A stretch of 64,000 nucleotides of DNA from Octopus sinensis (GCF_006345805.1 NC_042999.1:5890001-5954000), one strand, 5' to 3'. Shown: positions 1 to 12,208, counted from the first letter of the stretch. Program-made: numbers and translations. Notes: generated by a model not told the origin, from the letters alone.

Positions 1-84
1 TCCACTCAAATGTTTCAAAGCTAATCTCTCTGTCAGTTCAATATTGTTCCAATGTTCGGCAAGGCATCATCTAAAATACTAAAT

Positions 85-627
85 CAAATTCGATGACTGG
101 CATCCATGCTAGTGGGGTGCAAAGAGCACCATATGAGCGTGATAGTTTGACAGAGCGGCTAACCGGCTTCCATGCCAGTGGAACTTAAAAGGGCACCATT
201 CGAGTGTGATCGTTACCAGCGTCGCCTTACCGGCACTTGTGCTCATACTAGTAGGGTGCCAAGAACACCATCTGAGCGTGATTGTTGCCAGAGCAGCCAA
301 GTGGCTTCCGTGCCGGTGGCATGTAAAAGGTCACCATTTGAGCGTGATTGTTACCAGCATCGCCTTACTGGCACCTGTGCCGGTGGCATGTGTAAAAAGA
401 TTCGAGCAAGATCATTGCCAGTACCGCCTGACTGGCCCTCGTGCCGGTGGCATGTAAAAAGCACCCACTACACTTTTGGAGTGGTTGGCGTTAGGAAGGG
501 CATCAAGCAGTAGAAACTCTGCCAGATCAAGATTGGAGCCTGACGCAGCCATCTAGTTCGCGAGCTGTCAGTCAAAATCGTCCAACCCATGCTAGCATCG
601 AAAGCGGACGTTAAGTGATGATGATGA
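85..627 (+). mobile_element. SINE-like family A copy (internal ~65-bp tandem units, GGAGTGGTTGGCGTTAGGAAGGGCATC core, (GAT)n tail)
   Basis: Same core and tail recur more than 12 times in the window. Confidence 0.85.
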
Positions 628-710
628 ATGACAAGGAAGTGCTGGGATGGAACAGAAACCGATCCGTTTCATCTCACAGACACATTCGGCCCTGCACCAA
701 ATCTCATCAT

Positions 711-1095
711 ACTCTCTTTACTCTTTTACTTGTTTCAGTCATTTGACTGCGGCCATGCTGGAGCACTGCCTTTAGTCAAGCAAATTGACCCTGGGACTTA
801 TTCTTTGTAAGCCCAGTACTTATTCTATCGGTCTCTTTTTGCCGAACTGCCAAGTGACGGGGACGTAAACATACCAGCATCGGTTGTCAAGCAATGCTAG
901 TGGGACAAACACACATATATATACATATATATGACAGGCTTCTTTCAGTTTCCGTCTACCAAATCCACTCACAAGGCTTTGGTTGACCCAAGGCTATAGT
1001 AGAAAACACTTGCCCAAGATGCCACGCAGTGGGACTGAACCCCGGAACCATGTGGTTGGTTAGCAAGCTACTTACCACACAGCTGCTCCTGCGCC
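711..1095 (-). mobile_element. tRNA-derived SINE family B copy
   Basis: Head ggcgcaggag..tgtgtggtaagtagcttgc with B-box-like ggttcagtccc, internal microsatellite, aagtaaaagag tail. Confidence 0.87.
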
Positions 1096-1479
1096 TATGT
1101 TGAGAGTTCTTGATGTTTCGATGCATCGATCACTTCATCCAAATGGTTCGATTGTTTTATGACCAAGGAGGTCAAGTGTTGCACTGAGGCCAACTGTGGT
1201 GTGGGACCATATTTTCATTGTCCATCACTGCTGTACTGATTGAAACAATTAACCATATTCATCGTCATCATTTGACAACTGTCTTCATTACAGGCATTGG
1301 TTGTACTTTAAATCCAAAATTCCTATTCATCCTCCTCGACGACCGCTTGGTTCAAAGTCTCCCTTGACCACAAGTGGCCTGAACTCTTTACATGAACACC
1401 ACCCTGTACATAACTCCATGTACCCCTACATGACCTTGCTTTTTGCTTTTTTGAGCCAAAATTAACTAACTAACTAACT

Positions 1480-1780
1480 AACATCCGCCTTCCATGCTAG
1501 CATGGGTTGGATGATTTGACTGAGGACTGGCGAACCAGATGGGTGCGTCAGGCTCCAATCTTGATCTGGCAGAGTTTCTACAGCTGGATGCCCTTTCTAA
1601 CGCCAACCACTCCGAGAGTGTAGTGGGTGCTTTTGAAGTGCCACTGGCAAGAGGGCCGGTCTGGCGGTACTTGCAATGGCCACGCTCGAAATTGGTGCTT
1701 TTTACGTGCCACCTGCACAGGAGTCAGTCCAGCAGTGCTGGCAACGACATCGCTCGAATGTCTTGTTCACATGCCGGTGA
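1480..1780 (-). mobile_element. SINE family A copy (3' part)
   Basis: Reverse complement of the family A core and tail. Confidence 0.8.
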
Positions 1781-2035
1781 GGCGAGTGGAGAACCTTTTA
1801 ACTATAACGGCTTAAATTGAAAGAATTCTACATCCTTGATTGTGATCTGTGAGTTGCAGTATGCCAAAGACAACGCTGTCCAATTCCACTGAATTCAATT
1901 TCCATACCATGTCCTATACATTCTGAAAGGTCTTCATTGTTCTTAGGATTGGATTCACATCAAAAGACTAATGGCGTAATCGGTTGTCATCCTGGAAACA
2001 TAGTCCGTAGATTAAGGGATACCACAATGTTGTGC

Positions 2036-2290
2036 ATCATCATGATTTAACATCAGTTGTCCATGCAGGTATGGGCTGGATGGTTTGACTGGGGCTGGCA
2101 AGCTGGAAGGCTGCATCAGACTCCAGTCCGATTTGACATGGTATCTAACTGGATGCCCTTCTTAACATCAACCACTCTGAGGGTGTAATGGGTGTTTTTA
2201 TGTGCCATCGCTACAGGTGCCGTTTGCATGACACTGGTGTCTGCCACAACTGTGATTTTTGCTTGGCTTCATGGGTCTTCTTCTCAATCA
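2036..2290 (-). mobile_element. Degraded SINE family A copy
   Basis: ggatgcccttcttaacatcaaccactc core variant. Confidence 0.7.
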
Positions 2291-2457
2291 TTGCCTCAGT
2301 GACGTCCAACATGCAAAAAGTGCTCCAAATTCTTTGTGTACCATGGGGAATGTCACAGAAAGAGATTCTTTCTCTCTCTTCTGCATTTCAGGGGACTACC
2401 ATTCATATCCTCTTATAGTTCCTGTCATGTGCTGTTAACAAGGCCCCTGCAAGGAAC

Positions 2458-2676
2458 ATCATCATCCATCATTTAACATCCGTTTTCCATGCTAGCATGG
2501 GTTGGACGGTTCAACCGGGGTCTGGGAAGCCAGGAGGCTGCGCCAGGCTCCAGTCTGATCTGGCAGTGTTTCTACAGCTGGATGCCCTTCCTAATGCCAA
2601 CCACTCCATGAGTGTAGTGGGTGCTTCTACATGCCACCGGCACAGGTGCCAGGGGAGGCTGGCAACGGCCACGATC
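2458..2676 (-). mobile_element. SINE family A copy (3' part)
   Basis: Family A core and (CAT)n tail. Confidence 0.8.
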
Positions 2677-3435
2677 ATCGGGGGAGTCTATAAAATCCTG
2701 CAGAACATCTCAGAAAATCCCACCTCCATTTGTGTTTATGGCATGTTTGACCTCGGTGTCAGCATCCCAAAAGTGAAGACTGTTGCTCAGTCACTTCTCA
2801 CAGTCAAAAGTAGTCTTTGAAATTACTTTTGCTGGTGAACTGTTAAAGACGTTACATCCTTTTGCCATCACAGCTGCTGAGTCTTTTCTGACCCCTGTTT
2901 GGGTTCTGACGACAGGGACCTCAAACATTTTGGTGTATCAAGTAATTGAACTCTCTCTCTACTGCTCTATGGATGGTATGTCAGCTAGAGAAGAGATTTT
3001 AATGCGTTAAGAATGTGATTGACCCTAAACATCAAATGAGACAACAGTGATGTTCAAGAAAGGATTTGAAACCCCTGATGAAAAACATGAGCTGCAATAA
3101 TCTGAGAGACTGTAAAAATAGGACAAAATTTATATTTGATCTCAACCGAAGCAAGGCTCTATAACCTCACTACCTAAAAGTTGTTAGATACAAAAATACT
3201 CCAAGAAGTTCTGAAATCTAATCTTAAAGATCCTCTTCCAGGAGGGTCACCTCTGAAAAATGCTTTTGTAACTCTTGAACAACCAGACTAAGGACTAGAA
3301 AACTGTAAATACTGGAGATTACATTTGTCATTGATAAACTGGAGAAAAAAAAACAAAATTGGAAAGGAATACGTTGAAAGACTTCTGGAACAAAGGCCAT
3401 TCCCAAAGTGTCAGTTCTGATTCCAATTTAGTCAG

Positions 3436-4014
3436 TAACAACTCACATCCGATGACTGGCGCCCATGCCAACCTCCCTTCATTGGACACTAAACTCTGCT
3501 TGCGAAGACCTGTTGGGGCAAGTGAAATCGAAATTGAACCAAATCCTATGACTGGCACCCAACCGTTGCCAGTGCCGCTGGACTGACTCCTGTGCAGGTG
3601 GCAAGTAAAGAAACACCGTTTCGACCCTGTGCTTGAGGAAACCTATTGAGTCAAGTACATCAACATCAAAAATCAATGGAAATTGTAGTTGTGATCCCTG
3701 TGCCGGTGGCATGTAAAAATCAACCATCCGAACGTAGCCAATGCCAGCCTTGACTGGCTTTCGTGCCAGTGGCACGTAAAAAGCACCAACCGATCGTAGC
3801 TGTTGCCAGCCCCGCCTGGCACCTGTGCCAGTGGCACGTAAAAAGCTCCCACTACACTCTTGGTGTGGTTGGCGTTGGGAAGGGCATCCAGCTGTAGAAA
3901 CACTGCCAAATCAGACTAGAGCCTGATGCAGCCTTCTGGCTTCCCAGATCTCAGTCGAACCGTCCAACCCATGATAGCATGGAAAACGGACGTTAAATGA
4001 TGACGATGATGATG
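3436..4014 (+). mobile_element. SINE family A copy with extended 5' part
   Basis: Core at about 3860-3910, tail gttaaatgatgacgatgatgatg. Confidence 0.83.
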
Positions 4015-4024
4015 TTTCAAGCTT

Positions 4025-4212
4025 TAGCACCAAGCCAGCATTTTCAGTGCAGGGATTAATTTGATTCTCTTGACTGGTACTGATTTTATTGACCTCAAAA
4101 AGATGAAAGGCAAAGTCGACAGGTGGAATTTGAACTTGGAACGTAAAGGTGGACAAAATGCTTCTAAGCATTTTGCCTGATGCGCTAACGATTCTGCCAG
4201 GTTTCCACCTTT
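4025..4212 (-). mobile_element. tRNA-derived SINE family C copy (degraded)
   Basis: gttcaaattcc B box and gtcgactttgcctttcatc central motif. Confidence 0.72.
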
Positions 4213-4506
4213 ACTCACCTGAAATGTTAGAAGGTAGCTTTTAAAATAGAAACATCAATAGCAATAAAGAAATCCTGGAATCTCCGAAATAGCAAAGAAA
4301 TATTTTGAAAATACATTATCACCCTCTGAAAATGAATGCTCCCTTTTTCAGTGAGGGGTGGGGAGAGTCTTTCATATATCCTATCTTTCTAGTGATAATG
4401 CCCCCTTTGCTATAGGGAATTTTAAGTCATACCTGTCACCCTTCTAGTGTCTGTTTCATACCCCTGTTCCTCCTTGTGATTAATTTCAGATTCATAATAA
4501 CGTTGA

Positions 4507-4728
4507 CCCTTTTGTTACCAACCTGGCTGAAACCAGTTCTGGCTCTGTAGTACAAATGTCTTGTTTTCATAAGTTTTGAATTAAAATCTTCCACCAAACC
4601 TTAGACACAATTTATGTTCCTAACACTAGCTTAATGATAACTAAGTTATCTTACTAAATTATTTGTTAAATTTAAAATTGATTGAAAGTAACACAGAGCA
4701 TCTCAACAGAAATACAGTAACGAAAGGG
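4507..4728. mobile_element. piggyBac-like MITE
   Basis: TIRs CCCTTTTGTTAC / GTAACGAAAGGG flanked by TTGA / TTAA. Confidence 0.7.
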
Positions 4729-4877
4729 TTAAATGATTCTCCCATTTCACCAAACTCTGGTTACTTCTTTGACATTCCCTCAATGTCAAGCTCCTTAACT
4801 AACCTTTAGTTACCACCAACCATCCTGGATACTTGGCCTACATCATTTCAACACCTTAAAATTGTTCCCAATCTTAC

Positions 4878-5293
4878 ACCTATTTCTTTACTACCCTTAA
4901 GGGGCTAAACACAGAGGACAAACAAGGACAGACAAACAGATTAAGCCGATTATATCGACCCCAGTGTGTAACTGGTACTTATTTAATCGACCCCGAAAGG
5001 ATGAAAGGCAAAGTTGACCTTGGCGGAATTTGAACTCAGAATGCAGCGGCAGACGAAATACCTATTTCTTTATTGCCCACAAGGGGCTAAACACAGAGAG
5101 GACAAACAAGGACAGACAAACGGATAGAGTCGATTATATCGACCCCAGTGCGTAACTAGTACTTATTTAATCGACCCCGAAAGGATGAAAGGCAAAGTTG
5201 ACCTTGGTGGAATTTGAACTCATAACGTAGCGGCAGACGAAATGCCACTAAGTATTTCGCCCGGCGTGCTAACCTTTCTGCCATCTCGCCGCC
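4878..5293 (-). mobile_element. SINE family C copy with tandem-duplicated body and tail
   Basis: Two consecutive near-identical blocks of about 185 bp. Confidence 0.83.
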
Positions 5294-5972
5294 AATCTTA
5301 TACCAACAGACAATGAACCACATCAACAAACAGAAATCTATCGAATGCCCTCATTGAGTAACAAGGGCTGGAAGGGTTCACTGGCCCTTCCAACAATTAA
5401 ATTCTTATAACACTATGACTAACACACCACAACGAATGCCACTTTGTTTCCTCTTCATCATTTGCTCCTCTTTTATACTCCCACAGTTTATTTCCCCTTG
5501 CAACGGCCTCCCTCAGACTCTCTTACTTGTGGTGGCCACCCTTTTCTACCGCAGGAGTGGCTGTGTGGTAAGTAGCTTGCTTACCAATAGAATAAATACC
5601 AAACTTAAAAAGTATAAGCACTGGAGTTGATTCATTCAACTAAAACCTTCAGAGCACTGCCCCAGCATGGCCACAGTCAAATGGTTGAAACAAGTAGAAA
5701 ATAAAAAGATAAAAGGTAGAAAAATTAACTGAAAATGCCCCCCCCCTCTCCTGCAAAATTGCCCTAAGATTCTTGGCACTGTAGACATTATGGGTATTTC
5801 TGGAATCCCTCGGATGCCCCTGGATAAAAAAAAAATCCAACTTCATAATGATTAACCATTTAGCATTCGGATTACTCATATTTAATCCTTGTTTTGTTTA
5901 CATTGCTTTGAATTAATTCTACATTAATCTCATAGCTGCAAGATTTCAATGTGTGTGTGTGTGTGTGTGTGT

Positions 5973-6358
5973 GTGGAGGTGCAATGGCCCAGTGGTTAGG
6001 GCAGCAGACTCGCAGTCATAGGATCGTGGTTTTGATTTCCAGACCGGGCGTTGTGAATGTTTATTAAATGAAAACACCTAAAGCTCCACGAGGCTCCGGC
6101 AGGCAGGGAGGGTGGGCGAACCCTGCTGTACTCTTTCACCACAACTTTCTCTCATTCTTTCTTCCTGTTTCTGTTGTTACCGTATTTCAAAAAGCCAGCT
6201 TTGTCACACTCTGTGTCACACTGAATCTCCCCAAGAACTACTTTTAAGAGTACACGTGTCTGTGGAGTGCTCAGCCACTTGCACAGTAATTTCACGAGTA
6301 GGTTGTTCCATTGATTGGATCAACTGGAACTCTTGTCATTGTAACCGATATAGTGCCA
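5973..6358 (+). mobile_element. tRNA-derived SINE family D copy
   Basis: Head gtggaggtgcaatggcccagtggttagggcagc; matches 8031-8443 and 52714-53086. Confidence 0.83.
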
Positions 6359-6369
6359 TAGTTATATAT

Positions 6370-6509
6370 GTTGGCGTTAGGAAGGGCATCCAGCAGTAGA
6401 AACACTGCCGGATCAGATTGGAGCCTGGTGCAGCCTCCTGGCTTCCCAGATCCCAGTCGAACCATCCAACCCATGCCAGCATGGAAAACAGATGTAAAAC
6501 GATGATGAT
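6370..6509 (+). mobile_element. SINE family A 3' fragment
   Basis: Core plus tail only. Confidence 0.78.
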
Positions 6510-6591
6510 ACACACACACACACACACACACACATTGTTCTATTCTATATTTCTGAGACGAGGTATTATGTACATTTTTTTTTCTTTTTTC

Positions 6592-6979
6592 CTTTACTTG
6601 TTTCAGTCATTTGACTGCGGCCATGCTGGAGCACTGCCTTTAATCAAGCAACTCGACCCCAGGACTTATTTTTTGTAAGCCCAGTACTTATTCTATCGGT
6701 CTCTTTTGCCGAACCGCTAAGTGACGGGGACGTAAACACACCAGCATCGGTTGTCAAGCAATGCTAAGGGAACAAACACAGACACACAAACACACACACA
6801 TACATATATATATATACGACGGACTTCTTTCAGTTTCCGTCTACCAAATCCACTCACAAGGCTTTGGTCGTCCCGAGGCTATAGTAGAAGACACTTGCCC
6901 AAGGTGCCATGCAGTGGGACTGAACCCGGAACCATGTGGTTGGTAAACAAGCTACTTACCACACAGCCGCTCCTGCGCC
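6592..6979 (-). mobile_element. SINE family B copy
   Basis: Full family B pattern. Confidence 0.87.
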
Positions 6980-7000
6980 TTATTTACATTGGATGGATAG

Positions 7001-7075
7001 GTGTCCTCATCTTGTTTGTTGTTACAACAACGTTTCGGCTGATGTACTCTCCAGCCTTCATCAGGTGCCCTGGTG
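7001..7075 (-). ncRNA. Minimal type I hammerhead-like motif (Penelope pLTR type), stem I damaged
   Basis: Minus strand GGCAC CUGAUGA A GGCUG..CAGCC GAAA CG UU GUUGU. Confidence 0.6.
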
Positions 7076-7249
7076 GAATTTCCAACCCAACCTCTATATT
7101 TGCCAATGGGTATATAGAGTGGTGGATAAGTGCATAGGCTACTAACCCTCGGGTTCTGAGTTCAATCCTAGGCAGGGGCTGGGAAATTATATCAACAGAA
7201 AAAGAATGTCTTAGGAATGAGGACAAAGTACCCCATTAGCGAAAGGGTT

Positions 7250-7700
7250 CATCATCATCGTTTAATGTCCATTTTCCATGCTGGCATGGGTTGGCCGGCT
7301 TGACTGAGGTCTGGAGAGCCAGTGGCTGCACCAGGCTCCAATCTTGATCTGGCAGAGTTTCTACAGCTGGATGCCCTTCCTAGCGCCAACCACTCCGAGA
7401 GTGTAGTGGGTGCTTTTAAAGTGCCACCGGCATGAGGGCCAGTCAGGTAATACTGGCAATGACCTTGCTCGAATATTTTTACATATGCCACCGGCACAGG
7501 TGCCAGTAAGTCGACGCTGGTAACGATCACACTTGAATGGTGCCTTTTATGTGCCACCGGCACGGAAGCCAGTTGGCTGCTCTGGTTACGATCACACTCG
7601 GATGGTGCTCTTGGCACCCTACTAGGACGGGCACAGGTGCCAGTAAGGCGACGCTGGCAACGATTACACTCGAATGGTGCCTTTTATGTGCCACTGGCAC
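7250..7700 (-). mobile_element. SINE family A copy
   Basis: Core, tail and several internal units. Confidence 0.83.
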
Positions 7701-7870
7701 GCAACCAAAGAAAACATGGAAGGGACAGGTGGAGGAGGAGATTGGCAAGGTTGGCTTGAGGATGAAGGACTGCCAAAAATGGGCAAGATGGTGTGAGAGC
7801 AGTTGCTGTAAAAAGTGAGGTAAATCTGGCCACCCCCTCCCGTTAATGGGGACAAACCCGGATTCAAAAT
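7701..7870 (+). mobile_element. RTE-like LINE 3' fragment
   Basis: PKKTWKGQVEEEIGKVGLRMKDCQKWARW resembles the RTE ORF C-terminus. Confidence 0.6.
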
Positions 7871-8030
7871 ATTGGAATTCATTCATAGAAGTATCCTTTA
7901 TGTTTAAAAATTCATAAAATGTTATATTTGACTTTGTCATGACCCTTTAGGCCTGCATGGGTTGAACGGTTGGATTAGATAGGAACCAGTGAATCCGAGA
8001 TATTTGACTCCAGTATTTCAATTTTGGTGG

Positions 8031-8443
8031 ATGGAAGCACTCCGTCGGTTACGACGACGAGGGTTCCGGTTGATCCAATCAACGGAACAGCCTGCTCGTG
8101 AAATTAACGTGTAAGTGGCTGAGCACTCCACAGACACATGTACCCTTAACGTAGTTCTCGGGGATATTCAGCGTGACACAGAGTGTGACAAGGCCGGCCC
8201 TTTGAAATACAGGTACAAGAGAAACAGGAAGTAAGAGTGAGAGAAAGTTGTGGTGAAAGAGTACAGCAGGGATCACCACCATCCCTGCCGGAGCCTCGTG
8301 GAGCTTTTAGGTGTTTTCGCTCAATAAACACTCACAACACCCGGTCTGGGAATCGAAACCGCGATCCTACGACCGCGATCCTACGACCGCGATCCTACGA
8401 CCGCGAGTCCGCTGCCCTAACCACTGGGCCATTGCGCCTCCAC
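8031..8443 (-). mobile_element. SINE family D copy with internal 14-bp triplication
   Basis: ccgcgatcctacga x3 at 8359-8400. Confidence 0.86.
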
Positions 8444-8667
8444 TTCAATTTTGGTATGGTTTATATGACTGGTTGCTCTTCCTAATGCCATGATATGTCT
8501 GAAATAATTCCCTTGTAACGTGAGTTTTTAAAGATTCTTGTTAAATTCCAAGAACAGCAAGCAATTTCAGAGCAGCACTAATACTATTTTGAAATTTTAC
8601 TGTAAACATTTTCTTGAAAATCTGTTTTTAAAACCCAAATTTTAATCGTTTCAGATCCAAATTCAAA

Positions 8668-8733
8668 ATGGATGGTGGATCTTCAGAAAACTGTATGAAA
8701 TATATTCTTTTTTTCTTTAATTTGATCATCTTT
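8668..8733 (+). CDS. Tetraspanin gene 1, coding exon 1 (MDGGSSENCMKYILFFFNLIIF)
   Basis: Acceptor tttcag ends 8654, ATG at 8668, donor gtaagt at 8734. CMKY..FN pattern is typical of tetraspanin TM1. An acceptor before the ATG implies an upstream non-coding exon. Confidence 0.88.
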
Positions 8734-8826
8734 GTAAGTAGAATTTTACATATTTAAAAATTGTCATTAAATTGTTTTACTTGACGATCAGTTACCAATT
8801 CTGCAATGATTTTATTTTTTTTTCAG

Positions 8827-9054
8827 ATCTTGGGTATTGCTGGTGTTGCCCTCGGAAGCGTCTTGCTGGCTAGAAAGGACCTTTTACTAGAGGGGCTTGA
8901 CGAAATTAAAATTGAAGGTGTTCTTGATGGCTTTGATAATGAGACGATTAAGGCTGCTGCCATCGTTCTGATAATTGCATCTGTTGTTGCTGTATTTATT
9001 GCATTCTTCGGTTGCTTTGGAACATGGAAAGAGAACATCTGGATGCTTGGAACA
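8827..9054 (+). CDS. Tetraspanin gene 1, coding exon 2 (end of TM1, EC1, TM2; ILGIAG...FFGCFGTWKENIWMLGT)
   Basis: tttcag acceptor, gtgagt donor, 228 nt, phase 0. GCxG..EN..ML motif of tetraspanin TM2/inner loop. Confidence 0.92.
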
Positions 9055-9096
9055 GTGAGTATATTACCTGCTTTCTAAATAAACTAGGTAAATAGA

Positions 9097-9391
9097 AACC
9101 TTCGAACAGAGACGTCAGTGGCGACACCTGCGGTCTGACTGCACTATATTGACATGGGGCAATACCCCGAAACGCATCTGTAGCTGTCGGACTGGCAGTG
9201 TGAAGCGGCTGACCTCCCTTGTTCGAAGGTTATAATGGATACAGATCGTGTATCAATAGCTATCTTGATGGCGGTGGCCTCATGGAGCTGACCAGCTGCA
9301 GCGATTATTCTTATATCTATAAGAATGCCATATTAATATGGCGATAACAATTAATTTCAAGTAAACGCTGCCGCAATCTCTATTATAGAGA
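9097..9391 (+). ncRNA. Highly structured element with hammerhead-like motif at the apex of a long hairpin
   Basis: Nested complementary blocks over 9097-9231. Apex: CUAUA UUGACAU GGGG-CAAUA-CCCC GAAA CGCA UC UGUAG. Confidence 0.55.
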
Positions 9392-9539
9392 CTTAGTAAT
9401 TTTTATATTTCTATTATTGAGAGTTTTTATTATTTTTCCTTATAAAATAGGTTTGGGATTTGCATGGTAAAGAAATCCTAGGCAGGAAAATAAGACAAAT
9501 TTGTCTTTTGATTGGAATGTTAGTTGGTTAATTAGTTAA

Positions 9540-9990
9540 TTTTTTGGCTCAAAAAGCAAAATGCAAGGCCATGTAGGGGGACATGGAGTTATGTACAGGG
9601 TGGTGTTCATGCAAAGAGTTCAGGCCACTTGTGATCAAGGGAGACTTTAAACCGAGCGGTCATCGGCATCTTCACCATCTCGTCCGGCAGCTTATTCCAC
9701 GGATCCGCAACCTGGACGGAGAAAGCCCCTCTCCTTCGATTGAGATGAAATCGTCGCAGGAAGAGCTTTTCGGAATGACCCCGCAGCCGATGCTCTGGAG
9801 CAGGAGTGAAGAACAGCTCTTTTGAGAGGTTACACTTTCTGCTTATGATATTGTGAGCGAGAATGAGATCACCATGGCATCGTCGTTTTTCTAGAGAATA
9901 AAGGTTGAGCGTCTTCAGCCTTTCTTCATAAGACAAATTCTTGAGACCAAGAACCATGCGGGTAGCCAGCTTCTGGACTCTTTCGAGATG
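9540..9990 (-). mobile_element. CR1-clade LINE 3' fragment
   Basis: LSYEERLKTLNLYSLEKRR..GDLI..LRGH..AFSVQVADPWNKLP is the CR1 ORF2 C-terminus. Confidence 0.87.
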
Positions 9991-10029
9991 CTATATATTT
10001 ATCATACATATTTTGGTACTTGTACCTTT

Positions 10030-10371
10030 TCTTCTTGGGACACAAAACTCTGCTTGCGAAAACCTGTTGAGGCAAGTGAAATCGAAATCAATCAAAAATC
10101 AATGGAAATTGTAGTTGTGATACCAGTGCCGGTGGCACGTAAAATGCACCAACCGATCGTGGCTGTTGCCGGCCTCGCCTGGCACCTGTCTCGGTGGCAC
10201 GATAAAAGCACCCACTACATTCACGGAGTGGTTGGCCTTAGGAAGGGCATCCAGCTGTGGAAACACTGCCACATCAGACTGGAGCCTGGTGCAGCCTCCT
10301 GGCTTCCCAGACCCTTGTCGAACCGTCCAACCCATGCCAGCATGGAAAACAGATGTTAAACGATGATGATG
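10030..10371 (+). mobile_element. SINE family A copy
   Basis: Core and tail. Confidence 0.83.
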
Positions 10372-10518
10372 TAGCAAACACGGTGATGTAAAATCTGAGT
10401 AAAATACCTTTTGTTTGTTTGTATATGGCACCTGTAAGGTGTTTGCAGATGCCTTACCATTCCACAGATAGGTGTATCCGTAACTTAATTTCTCAGGTAG
10501 AATTAGTGTGACAATCTG

Positions 10519-10866
10519 TCATCATCATCGTTTAGCGTCCGCTTTCCATGCTGGCATGGGTTGGGCGGTGCAACTGGGGTCTGGGAAGCCAGGAGGCTGC
10601 ACCAGGCCCAGTCTGATCTGGCAATGTTTCTACGGCTGGATGTCCTTCCTAACACCAACCACTCCATGAGTGTAGTGGGTGCTTTTTACGTGCCAGGGGA
10701 GGCTGGCAAACGGCCACGATCGGATGGTGCTTTTTACGTGCCACCGGCATGGAGGCCAGTCGGGGCGGCGCTGGCAACGGCCACATTCGGATGGTTCTCT
10801 TATGTGCCACCGGCATCACAGCTACAATTTCCATTCATGTTGATCGATTTTGATTTTTGATTTTGA
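10519..10866 (-). mobile_element. SINE family A copy (inverted relative to 10030-10371)
   Basis: Core and tail on the minus strand. Confidence 0.83.
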
Positions 10867-11055
10867 ATGTGAATAGCTACGTCTTTCAATTGCAGTTCTT
10901 TCATCTGTCATCTGCTCAGTTTCACTTGTGAGCTTTGGGTCAATTCAACGCTATAGAAAAAAACATTTGCTCAAAACGCCAAGCAGTGGAGATGAACCTA
11001 GGGCCTCATGGTTCTGAAGCAAATTTAATCAGTTGGTCGTATGTTATAGGTGTAT

Positions 11056-11380
11056 CTGTTTCTTTATTACCCACAAGGGGCTAAACACAGAGAGGACAAA
11101 TGGATTAAGTTGATTACATCGACCCCAGTAACGGCAGACGAAATACCTATTTCTTTACTACCCACAAGGAGTCAAACACAGAGAGGACAAACAAGGACAG
11201 ACAAACAGATTAAGACGATTACATCGACCCCAGTGCGTAACTGATACTTAATTTATCAACTCCGAAAAGATGAAAGGCAAAGTTGACCTCGGCGGAATTT
11301 GAACTCAGAACGTAACGACAGACGAAATACCGCTAAGCACTTAGCCCGGCGTGCTAACGATTCTGCCAGCTCACCGCCCT
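11056..11380 (-). mobile_element. SINE family C copy with duplicated tail
   Basis: Family C motifs. Confidence 0.8.
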
Positions 11381-11501
11381 TCCTTGCAAACATAGTAATC
11401 CATTAAGGTGCATGTTGTTCAAAGGAGTGAGGTGGGGTGATGATGTTACCTTGGATTCGAACAAGGTTGGTTCTAAGAACAGCAACCAGCAGGAGAAAAC
11501 T

Positions 11502-11590
11502 TGGCACCACACCCCTTACAACATGGCACCACAGCCCTTACAACATGGCACCACAGCCCTTACAACATGGCACCACAGCCCTTACAACAT
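11502..11590. repeat. 22-bp minisatellite x4 (tggcaccacagcccttacaaca)
   Basis: Directly visible tandem repeat. Confidence 0.92.
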
Positions 11591-11689
11591 TTCCCTTTTT
11601 TAACCCAGTCATTCTCAAGGGGTTATATGACACTTGGGGATCCATGTAAGATTTTGTCGATAAAAATTATCTGCATTAAGCTGTTTACA

Positions 11690-11950
11690 GTATACAAAAT
11701 AAGTACCAGTTGAACACTGGGGTCCGATGTAATTGACTCTTCCCCATTTCCCCCAATATTGATTATTATTATTATTATTATTACTCAACATTCTGAGTTC
11801 AAATTCCGCTGAGGTCGACTTTGCCATTCATCCTTTTGAGGTGATAAATTAAGTACCAGTGCCACACTGGGGGGGGCGATGTATTAAACTAACCCCCCCC
11901 CCCCCGCGCCCACCAATTTCAGACCTTGTGCTTATAGTAAAAAGGATTAT
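11690..11950 (+). mobile_element. SINE family C fragments
   Basis: gagttcaaattccgctgaggtcgactttgcc motif. Confidence 0.7.
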
Positions 11951-12034
11951 TCAAAATAGTTTTTGTTACAACGTTTTTTCCCATTTTTCTCACTGCAATC
12001 AGTACTATTTGAACCTATGTCTTTTATTTTCCAG

Positions 12035-12109
12035 TACAGTACAATAATGACCATTATCCTTGCTCTACAAGTTGCTGTCTTCGTAATGATCGTTGTGGCT
12101 CGGCCAAAG
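12035..12109 (+). CDS. Tetraspanin gene 1, coding exon 3 (TM3; YSTIMTIILALQVAVFVMIVVARPK)
   Basis: ttttccag acceptor, AAG|gtaatt donor, 75 nt, phase 0. Same length as exon 3 of gene 2; polar Q within TM3. Confidence 0.88.
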
Positions 12110-12208
12110 GTAATTAGAATTAATTAAGAAAAACCTGATTATTTTTGATACAAATGAATCCAGTTTTAATTTATTACATATCTTGTTTTATGTTCACTTT
12201 TTTTATCA

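Noticed and set aside
5973-6050. tRNA genes at SINE heads (families B, C, D)
   Set aside because: A/B boxes are present but I could not form a full cloverleaf, and each continues into a SINE body.
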